A stretch of 64,000 nucleotides of DNA from Laetmonice hystrix (taxonomy: Eukaryota): positions 17,298,001 through 17,362,000 of the forward strand of contig OZ249445.1 in the NCBI GenBank assembly GCA_965235115.1, given 5' to 3'. The notes beneath the pieces were generated by a model. The model did no database searches. It saw only the letters and a list, made by a program, of their open reading frames with translations, and had not been told where the DNA came from. Each line of letters starts with the position of its first letter. Within the stretch, counting starts at the first letter, position 1. A program made the translations under genes and the position numbers. This document shows positions 10,761 through 22,113 of this stretch, piece by piece.

Positions 10761-13700
10761 ATGGGGGCACGTCTACTGCTCCTGCTGTTTCTAGTGTGGA
10801 TATCAGGTATACCTTCAAAGTATAATCCACACGCACTTTAACTATATGATGCGCCAAAGTAGAATAGAGCCTTTCCCCCGGGAGCCTAGGAATGTATATC
10901 CCCAGTCGTGGGGGGGCTGCCCCCCTTATAGTGGTTTATAAAACACAATAATAGAAAAAACGATACCAGTATAATACTATAAATACCAGGATTTTTACAA
11001 TGATCACAAATCGTTACATCAATCAAGATTTCTGGAATATTAATATTATCATCCGTCATGGCACCGCGTGGCCTGCAGCGATACGGGCAGAGAGTACGTG
11101 CACCTTCCCGGACTACCTCCAAAACGAGAAGGAAGACACTGATGACTTCTGGTCACTCAGCCAGCCAGCCATGGCCATCACCTTCTCACAGGGAACAGTA
11201 GCCAGGTTTAACGTGTCCTGGGGGATCCGGGGGGCAGAGCTGCCCAAGGTCATCTGCTCCGTCAACAAGACTTCTGAGACATCACTGGATACATATGTCG
11301 TTAGTTATAACACGTAGGTATAGGTCAAGCCTGCTCTCTCAGCCTGTAGCGTAACAAGACTTCTCAGACATCACTGGATACATATGTCGTTAGTTATAAC
11401 ACGTAGGTATAGGCCAAGCCTGCTCTCTCAGCCTGTAGTGTAACAAGACTTCTCAGACATCACTGGATACATATGTCGTTAGTTATAACACGTAGGTATA
11501 GGCCAAGCCTGCTCTCTTAGCCTGTAGTGTAACAAGACTTCTCAGACATCACTGGATACATATGTCGTTAGTTATAACACGTAGGTATAGGTCAAGCCTG
11601 CTCTCTCAGCCTGTAGTGTAACAAGACTTCTCAGACATCACTGGATACATATGTCGTTAGTTATAACACGTAGGTATAGGTCAAGCCTGCTCTCTCAGCC
11701 TGTAGTGTAACAAGACTTCTCAGACATCACTGGATACATATGTCGTTAGTTATAACACGTAGGTATAGGCCAAGCCTGCTCTCTCAGCCTGTAGTGTAAC
11801 AATACTTCTCAGACATCACTGGATACATATGTCGTTAGTTATGGTATATACGCCAAGCCTGCTCTCTCAGCCTGTAGTGTAACAAGACTTCTCAGACATC
11901 ACTGGATACATATGTCGTTAGTTATAACACGTAGGTATAGGTCAAGCCTGCTCTCTCAGCCTGTAGTGTGGGTGCATGTCGAGCACGTGGCAGGGAACAT
12001 GATATCTTTTTAAATTATAAATCCATTTTAGTGTACTTCTCTTTTCTTTTCTCCAAAATTCTCGTTGAGCTTCTCTTTGAGTTTGAGCCGCCATTCTGGG
12101 AACTGCCATTCATTTCTCACTAGCAGACTTACTGTCAGTCTTTGCGGTGAGGATCTTAATGTCATACCTAATTGAGCATGGATATATTTCAGGACAGCCC
12201 CAATGTACCGCTGTGTGCAGTTCGTGAAGCGTACGGACAACGTCGTGAATGTCAACTATGGTAGGCTTACGTGTATCCATGCACCTGTCTGTCCATCCTT
12301 TATCCACCTATCCATCCTCCTGTCCATCGACTGTACCTAGGCCTGCGCACAATATTATTAAATACAATTTTTAGAGTTGCAATGCATGCTCTTTAACCGT
12401 TTAGGCCTATACATTTTCCAACAAGATAGCCCTTAATTAGCCTGACGTACATGCACAATCTTATCAAACGTTAGCCACAACCTGCGTGAGTATTATTAGG
12501 CATAGGGGCCTATATATATATATATGTTTAATTGATATAGGCAAGGAGGTGACGTCATCGAAAGAAGCGAATTGCACGGGTTTGGAGACATATGACTGGC
12601 CGCTTGTTGGTATCTATGTAGAACCTAAGTATAATATTATTCAGCTTTATAATGTCGCTCAACGAGTATGGCTACAAAACATTCTGAAAAAGCGACTTCT
12701 TGCTTCTACAGTACGTCTCAAAAGAAGCGTCACTGTAAGCAATGATAACAGTATGTATGAAGCATTAAAACGTTGTTTTCACTTAGAACTATAAGTGTAT
12801 CTGTGCAATTTAAAGTTTTAACATCGGGTAGATGTAATGGTTTCACGGCTATTTTAACATCGGGTAGATGTAATGGTTTCACGGCTATTTTACCCTTTTA
12901 AGGACATAGATCTATTCTGTATAAGATAAACTCCTCATAGAAAAACATATAACCTACTATATTATGACGACCACAGTCTTTATAATTGTCACATTTCCAG
13001 CCAATAAACCTCACGGGGACTACATTCCGACCCAGTGTCCAGTTGTTGGAGGGTTTCTCCTCAAGACCAATGTGACAGATGGGACTGGAAATCCTACGGT
13101 TAGAGTCTCAACTCTGATGTGACAACCGTTGCATTTAAAATAGGGCGATGATCATTACTGAATAAATACTGATACAAAACAATACTAAATAGATACATGT
13201 ACTAGTAGGCCTACTACAGAGAGAAATATAGGGGAAATATGGCTTCAACTATGACGTCATGATTGTAGACGCTATGTGCAGGCCACCCACTTCCGACGCG
13301 GATGGAGGTAGAGTGCATGGCGGGAGAAGGATTGCGACTCTCCTTCCCGCACGTCGCGTGTATTCCCGACAACACGGGCTGGACCACGAGTAGGTTTTCC
13401 TATTAATGTTTAAAATATGGAATATGTTCATTCATGTTCAAGGCGTTGTTCATTAGGCCCACATAAATGGCATACTCATTATGTTCACATGAACTATCGT
13501 GTACTCTACCTCTTTCTTCCAGGACAAACTTTATATTGCTTGGAGACTTGGACTGATGGGATTTACACGTTCACTCTTGTAGGATCTCAGTATTACAAAC
13601 CGACATGGTCAATGGTAGGAATAGATCGTATTTTTATAGATAGCTACAGTTATTATACAACGACCACTTGCATAATATATATATATAAAAAAACCTTGTA

Positions 13701-16700
13701 TATGATTATATATTCAACGCATGAGTGCATGTCTTTAGTCGCATACTCCAGTAAACTCTACTCGCCATGTGCCTTTATCTTTACAGAGAGTGGAAACAAA
13801 GAGTCCTAACGTGGCTGAGATATTTCTTGATCAAAGATGTTCAACAAAAGCGGTGACAGAATCAACTTATATTAGTCTTCCTCTCGATAAAAAAGGTGAG
13901 TTTATACGATCAAATTAAACATAGAAACATAGATTCTCAATTTGTCTGGTTTGGCCTGGACATCTTTTGGGACACCCTGTATAGGTAGTGCCTACAGCAT
14001 ATATACTGTATCGTCAATATTAGAAGATTCCGTCCGAACCTGTTAGTGTTACACTTTATCATACGCTGGCACAGCTGAAAGTTACATTATGCTTTGATAA
14101 AGTTACATTATTAAACCATTTTGTGGATATTGCATCTCGAGGGAAGACTCGAATGCTTTATGTCCCAATAGAGATGCAGCCATTAGGACACGAGAGCCTT
14201 GCCTTAGAGTAGCATGTATCCTTGAAATCCCCCACTAACGTCCCACCGTGTCTCTTACAGCGGCTGGCAACTGTTCAGATGACGTCCCTAAATGTGCTGC
14301 TAATGTCTGCAGTAACTCGATATACGCCGACTACTGCCGTAAAACCTGCAATATTTGTTGTGAGTTCAATATTCCTTCTCAAATGAAGCGTTTTGATCAA
14401 ATATATTATATTTGTTTTAATGTGGCTTACACGTCCATGACGGCATAGATTAGAGTATCCTGTGTAAAACAATGCATAGATTAGAAATAATTATGTTATT
14501 TGAACTCAACCAGCCAGCAGCAGCACGGATGACGGGTGTATGTTTGATTCTGCTGTTCTGACCGCTGGCACTTGGTGGGACTCGTCAGACAAACACGGCC
14601 CCAGTAGGCCTGTCGATATCAACACGGATAGCATCTTTTTCCAAACGTTCGCTAATTTTTCATGCTGGGAAATGGTGGACGACTCAAACTATGTCCTTGC
14701 TTCTCATGGCCCCAGTGACAACGGATGGTAAGGCACACGATTGAGACTATACTCGAACTATTCTTAACACGTCTTGAGCCCCACAAGATTGGTTGCATCT
14801 GGGTTTAGGTGTGGATACTGCTCCTGCATGTGTCGAAATTTAAGATCATACATTCAGATGGACTTAAAGATTAATAACAAAAGTATACCAGAAAAAGTAT
14901 TACTTAATTTAACAGTTCCTTCCCCCTTTAAATCTTTTGTCAGTCGCCCACGCTACACATGTGGCAACTTTGCCCGACCATCTCCTCCCGTTCTTCGGTA
15001 CAAGTTCAGTAANNNNNNNNNNNNNNNNNNNNNNNNNNNNNNNNNNNNNNNNNNNNNNNNNNNNNNNNNNNNNNNNNNNNNNNNNNNNNNNNNNNNNNNN
15101 NNNNNNNNNNNNNNNNNNNNNNNNNNNNNNNNNNNNNNNNNNNNNNNNNNNNNNNNNNNNNNNNNNNNNNNNNNNNNNTGCCTGGATCAGGTTGATCACC
15201 GGATATAATGTAATAAACTATAAGATTATAAGTTATTACTATTATAACAGAAATATTATGAATACATTCCGATATAATAATTAAGGTCAGAGCGTCACGT
15301 CCTACCCGTCCAAGTACGAAATGTGCAAGCAGAGTCACTTTGTGGACGACCCGCAACCATTCGGCAACCTCTACCGAAGTGCGCTGCTAAAAAATCTCAT
15401 CGGTGCGTATTCAGCATGTTGAAATGATGATAGAGAGTTTGATATGATGATGTATGATACTGCAGTATGGCAGTAATGTAAACGTGTAGAGGAGGTTCAC
15501 ATTGGAAACGTGTTGAAATCAATCCTGAAATTGAGCCCAAACGACTGAATTACGTGCCCCCTTTTTGCAAGGGGGTTGAAGGGCTTACCCCCTCCTTATT
15601 TTGAACACTAGATGGCAGCATATTTTCGATTATCAAATAGTGTATTTAGAAAGTAAATGAGTATGAATGAAAGGGTTGAGCCATGTCGGGATTCGCTTGT
15701 TACAGCTGAAGATAAGAAGTTGTTGGAGTACACAACACCGTGTAACGTGCGTGGAAACTTCTCGGTGACTGGCAATGTGGACAAACAGAAGTGTGCTGGC
15801 TCTCTGACTGACCTTACTGACTGTGTCAACCAGGACAACATCACTATCAGCTTCAAATGTGCCAGCAACCGCGTCTATGAAGAAAGTACGTATAGCCCGC
15901 AGTGAACCATCGAACACAAACATGTCGTTTTGATTGATGTTTGGCTTGGATAATAATTAAAACAAGATACATTTTTGGTTTATATAGTTTCATGACCCCT
16001 GTTGGGCATCATTTTTCCTTTTGTAGCCTCATTTTTCCCGCCTTCCATGTCAGAGGCTCCCAAGAAGATAACCTATGTTGGTTGTGTTCGCCCAATGATG
16101 CCCCCCACACAGGCCTTCCACCAGGTCCGTTCCACTAACGAAAGACGTCTTTAGCAAAGACGTCTTTGGAAAGACGTCTTTGCGGGGCCAATGTTAAAGA
16201 ATAGGAGCTTAGTGGAACACCCGTCACCGCAAAGACCTCTTTGGGCTCAGCGACCATTTCAAAGACGTCTTTCGGGCTTAGTGGAACCAAAGATCTATGA
16301 ATGATTCATAGGTCTTTGGTGGAACCCCTGGATCCGCCCCTGCCCTCACCACCCCTTTTTCCTGGATCCACCGACTATGATATATGCTACATTTGTACGT
16401 GTTTTTCAGCTCTGGACTGCGTGACAGACATCCCGTCTGGGACCGAAGAGATCCAACTGTTACTGCTCCGTACTAGACCTTCCTACGCCAACGTTACAAC
16501 GTGCGCGGTGAGAGGCACTGGCCCAACCGGGCACCTTGGCTAAAATTGATTATATTATAACAACCCCTTCAAACAATTCCCATTCAAGTTAGAATTTGAA
16601 TTGAATTTTAAAAGTGCATTGAGGTAAGCGGAGTATAAAATGTATTGTGGAATTATATCATAAGCTATGGTAGGCCTATAATTTCTGATTTTGCAAGGTA

Positions 16701-19700
16701 GATCTAATCTTTTAGGATATGCCTTTATTTGGCCCTGACTCCCTAAAGTCTCCCCTTGCCATAAAAAGGTGGTGGTGGGCTGTAATCGACCAATAGTTGT
16801 GTTATGTAATTGTCCAGGTGATCAGTAATCGCGGCAGCGAACGCACCTTCGTATTGCTCCGGTCGGCGCAGTGTAACGAGGACACACCCGCAGATCTCGC
16901 CATGCACGAGACCGACACCCTGGTGGAGCTGAATGGAACTAGAGGTGACGGCCCTTTCATGGAAGTAAAAAAAGAAGGGGGGGGGTGATTTTTTTTGTCA
17001 GTGCCGATTTCCCATCACGCTGCAATCCAGTGCTTTGTTCCTTATAGTATTTACTTATATTGTTCCGATGGGTTGTCTGACAGTTGATATGTGTGATGGA
17101 ACCCCTTCCCCGACCCCCACCACGACCTCGGCCACGTCTCCCACCTCGCACAGTTCGTCAACTGTTAACAGTACTACCACAGGTACGTACGGCCTGATCT
17201 TACCTTCGCCAAGTCTGAGCTATACTCATGAGGCATCAACCATAGGATTTCTCACTTATTAACATTTCAGTTTGCAAAACTAAATTNNNNNNNNNNNNNN
17301 NNNNNNNNNNNNNNNNNNNNNNNNNNNNNNNNNNNNNNNNNNNNNNNNNNNNNNNNNNNNNNNNNNNNNNNNNNNNNNNNNNNNNNNNNNNNNNNNNNNN
17401 NNNNNNNNNNNNNNNNNNNAAAAAAAGAATAAAAAGGAGTCCATGCCCCATTCGTGGATTCATGAGTCGATTCATGAGTCGATCTCGACTTCCCATTGAC
17501 AGAACAACCAAATGGAACTTCATCCGGTGATAGATCGACTCCCGAAACGACTCAGGTGACGCACTCCACGGTCGAAACATCCTCAGGTACAACGATAGAC
17601 ACAAGTTGACGGCCGTTAGAAAATTAGACCCTCTTCTCATAGTTCTGTCTTCTCCTCAGATTAACGACTTTCGTCAACGTTTCTTTTCTCTTTTCTCTGC
17701 TTTCTGTCATCTAATTGATCTTTTTCTCGCTCTAATTCCAAATGACATTGCTTTCATTGCATTCACATTGATTTTGGTTTATTTGTTGGCATGTTTTGAG
17801 TTGTTATTGTTTTTGTCCAAACTTGTTGAGAGTGTGAAGAGTACCTTGCGTTACCTCCCACAGATATGTGTGTGTCATTAAGTCAGTTACATTTGTAGAC
17901 ATGGTTGAGAGCACATCCGAAGCTCCGTATCAAAGTACGCATACCACAGAGCTGACAACAGGTATATCCACTCATGTTGTGACTATACCATTACCCACCG
18001 CTACTGCACGTTACACGATTATTCCTGATATATCACCACAAAACTTGTATATCTTCTATATTCCAAAGTTAAATCACAGAATAGTATAGATTCTACTAAT
18101 ATAGGTATAGTCTACCTATTCTGTGGTTCAGTTATACAGGCCAGGCAGATGTTTATGGTAAATGGACCCAGACAGGACTTGCGACCATGGATTTTATGTA
18201 GACAGACCAACTATGGATCTGCAAGTCTTCAAACTCATATATAGTTTAGGTTACATTGTATTTTGAAATATACAAATGTCCAAGTTGAAGACTTTATATA
18301 TATAATAGAAGATATATCTTTTTTCTGCATATTTTCCTTCTTACTTTTCTTGATATTCACCTCTTTCTGATGCCGTGCTTCATTTCGACTTAACGATGAA
18401 TAAGTTTTCAAACTGAAGTTTTATCCCCTATTCTGTTACATTTATTTGTCATTCAAAACGTACCAATCATATTTTTTAACATCTTGCCTCTCTTCTTATA
18501 GCCAGGTCTCATGCGCCCCATACACCAATAATGAACTCAAACCTCAAACCTCAACCTGAAATACCCCCAACCCGTTCACGGTGTAAAATGGACTTTAAAG
18601 AGTACAGCTGTACGAGGTATCAATGAACACATGCAATTAAATCAATAATATTTTTAGACACAGGTGAGAGTACATCAAAACAACAGGATCAAACGTCGCC
18701 AAGTACAGAGCCAACAACAGGTACAAACGTATAGGTCTATAGATCATCTTATATACAACCTTTAACACTCAATATTATGTACCTGCTTACTCCAGAGTTA
18801 TAGGTTACTGACTTCAAACCAACTACAAATGGACCTTTCGTACAATTATATAGATCTATAACAAGGCTTCCTTATCTTCATTTAATGTTAATTAATCGCA
18901 CCTTTTCCGTATGCAGGCACATCGATCGAATCGATCTATAAGGCGATGCCTTCTTTTAAAGCCAAACCTTAGGTCACCACTTAAATGAGGTTAATTAAGT
19001 TTAGAATTTCTAAACTCTTGTGCTCGAGGCGTTTTCTTACCAGAAAACATCTTTTCCTATCCGTCATATATAGGCCTGATTCTCAGTTTTTCCTTATTAT
19101 CTTTTAATAGTTCAAGGTCAAGTGTGATGAGCCAAAATTCTATATGGTTGGCCTATAGACCCTTGGTTAAATTTTCCTTTGCTTAAGGAATGATTCTATT
19201 ATAAAAGAAAAATCCACATCTGCTGATAATGTTTTCAAATTAAAGTCGTAGGTCTGTATTCTTAACCGGCTTCCGGACCTTATACTGACCACAACTCGAG
19301 TATTTTCGAAAAAGGAACGCCACAACCGATTGTGAAGTAATCGACCCTTGTACTTTTGGCATTGATGTCCAAATCTATGCATCCAGGTGCATTCATACCT
19401 TTCAGAGGCACCCTTGCCTCAACATGTGTAAAAGAAACGATGACATTTAGGCCTACTTGTATATATTCCTGGGTGGATTATTTTAGTAAGATATTTCTTA
19501 CATTGCCTGTTTCAGTGCCATCGTCGGCCGACCCGCTGCCGACAACATCAGCGCCAGATCCGCCTGGATTTATTTGTACCTTTCTACTCGGCCTGCTGCT
19601 CGGAATCCTCCTGTTGCTAGCGGCACTCGTCATGTCCATGGTTCCAATTTTACCAGTTACGTTGCTTTTTTCAGTCACCGAGACGCCGTTGACGACGCCA

Positions 19701-19838
19701 GCGCCATCTGGGCCCAGCGCGGGAACTATCGTTGGAATCGTTTTTGGCGTTCTCTTGGCAGTGGGCGCGCTGGCGCTCGCAGCGTATTATGTTTATAAGA
19801 TCTGGTGGAAACCACGTGGACCCTACAGGGTTCTCTAG
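10761..19838 (+). CDS. Gene A: type I membrane protein (~734 aa) with signal peptide, repeated Cys/Trp modules, one ShKT domain, Ser/Thr stalk, TM helix and short tail ending YRVL
   Basis: Exons 10761-10806, 11079-11313, 12193-12260, 12541-12609, 13001-13098, 13269-13389, 13523-13614, 13787-13895, 14261-14359, 14514-14727, 14944-15008, 15286-15402, 15706-15885, 16410-16507, 16818-16944, 17084-17182, 17503-17586, 17899-17961, 18664-18720, 19675-19838; all phases agree. Starts MGARLLLLLFLVWISA; ShK CSDDVPKCAANVCSNSIYADYCRKTCNIC; TM IVGIVFGVLLAVGALALAAYYVY. The two N gaps could hide further exons. Confidence 0.85.
11264..11969. repeat. 89-bp minisatellite, 8 copies; first copy overlaps the end of gene A exon 2
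   Basis: Unit aacaagacttctcagacatcactggatacatatgtcgttagttataacac|gtaggtataggtcaagcctgctctctcagcctgtagtgt; copy 7 carries a small deletion. Confidence 0.97.
15013..15178. other. Assembly gap
   Basis: Run of N. Confidence 1.
16124..16288. mobile_element. Degenerate MITE-like element with GTTCCACTAA/TTAGTGGAAC inverted ends and repeated AAAGACGTCTTT palindromes
   Basis: Inverted terminal motif; the 12-bp palindrome occurs four times exactly plus a variant. Confidence 0.5.
17287..17419. other. Assembly gap
   Basis: Run of N. Confidence 1.
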
Positions 19839-22113
19839 TGATATACAAGGGGATATGTTGATAGTTTGTCCGGTGGTTGGGTGTAGAGGCCAACACGTGA
19901 CACTCTATAACAAATATGTTTGGTTCTATCGTTTCATTGATCGTGGTAATTAAGGCTATGACGTCGTGTTGTTTATGTGCATTGGAAAATTATGAGAAGT
20001 AATTTATTCTTTGATTAGGGGTGTGGGAATCGGGGGGTAGAACGGAGGGAGTGGTCCTCCTGAAGGTTTCTGATGGAATATAAAAGATAAAGTATCACAA
20101 GTATACTTTCAAAATGGCCATTGCGTATAATTATTATGGCAATAATGTAAACGTAATGAAGATATACACATCTTCGCATCCGAAAATCAAAATTTTCAGC
20201 CTGATATTTTTTATCAAAAGCTTCCATGCATATATCGTTTTGTTCGTTAAATGTTAGACGGTCAAGAAAGTGTTGGTCGTGGGTGCGGGTGCATGAAATG
20301 AAATAGTGTTCACCACAAAAGTGTAAAAAGTGATTGTTTTAATGTGAAGATCGTGTATACAATGTCATGTATACCATGAAACATATAGGACTGGTTTGTG
20401 TGAGACTTCTTCATCAATAAAATGATACCAAAGGATCACTTTTGGCCCTATTCGTGTTTTATGTTCCCTTGTTTAATGCTCCAATCTTCCTCTCACTTTT
20501 TTTTCACACGGCTTTAAATAATCAGAATATGTCATATGGCGAGAGAATTGCTCGTTATCTGAATGACCCTTAGCAATAAAAACCCACAAAACAACAGCGT
20601 GAACAAACGTTATACCAGATCATAAATAGGTGTTGACACAGTGTTCCCCTCTCCTCGTGAGGTACAGAGTTATCGAGTCATTAAAGATGATCTCAAAATG
20701 GAAACCCCTTGTTGGGATAAATCACCTTAGTTTAGTTCTATCCTGTATGATATAACATTTAAATGTCTACTCTGGTCTCCCCACATATTTTCTATTCCAC
20801 ATTTATAGTAATAACCTCAAGTAAGAGCCATTCGCTCATGATAGGGTAGGTCCCTATACTTGATGACCGACATGTTATTTGTAAAAAATATTGATGTGTT
20901 ATACGTATAAAATAAACTCTATAGGCGGACTCGGAGACGAGATCAGTCTCAACCTTCCACTCTGGGGCGAACATGGGGGCCGCTTACATTACATTAGGTA
21001 GTTTTAGACCGCGAACTGCGTGTGACAAAATATATACAGCCATGTTTTCCCAGCTGCTATCAAATCAACGTGATGTAGGGACAATTCTTTTTTATTATTC
21101 ATTTTGTGACCCTACGGACAGCCGGGTATCTGTAGCTATCTGTAAGCTAGATTGCACTCAGTGGTCGGCTCTTGACCTTCTAAACCAAGAGGTTACAAAT
21201 GTTCATAAAATTTATCTCTGGAACGGATTTCCCATGCATTCAGCAGTTCCTCACTTCTTTGAAAATTCAAACTCGAAGTGGGTTTTCCTGCAATCCCCCC
21301 TTACCTTTCTTTTATAGACGTAAAGATAACCTTGACCCCCACAATGTTAGATAAGGTTCTCGTATGTCCTTATCTATGAGCTGACTCTCTCAGTCTCAGC
21401 CAGACTGACTTAGACATTGACCACGGTAACATGGCGGTCCTACTCTCAACTTAACAACATGCTGACTTTTCACTGATCAGCGGTTCAGTTGTCAATCTCG
21501 GACCGAGGGTGGTCTATGTAACGTCAGACCTGTCTGTGTGTACAATCGTGCGATGGAAACCAAAGGTACCGCGAAGGTAGGAGAGTTATTGTCATTATTG
21601 AGAGTTTAGTTAAATGCACTATTTTCCCCGGTCGTCACCAAGACAGGGTTACTTCAGCACAGGAAAGGCAAGGAAACCAGGAGAAATGATCTAAACAGAT
21701 TCCCTGCTGGGAAAACACAGGGATTTTATGACGGGGGAGGGAGACTCCAAAATGCAGGGAAAACACAGGGAAAAGTGTTGAGAGACCAAAAGAAATCAGA
21801 TAAATTCTTTGGGACATCTGGTTGTTTGACGATGGCGAGCTGATCCAAAACGGCAAGGCCTACCTGGCTGCCATATTTGATGAAAACACCGATTAGGAAG
21901 TAAAAATTTAGCGCGGGACATGGAAAACGTAGAGACGTTGAAAATGAAATTTGTGTGCTCATCCTGAAATATTCTGTTAGATTTTGTTTTATCGATTACT
22001 AGTAATAAATTATTGGAATAAAATAATAGGCCTACCGTATACCTAGATTCTAATCTGTGTTGTTCCAGGATTGGTTGCAACAACGGCGGTTATCTGTTAG
22101 CACTTATCCAAAC

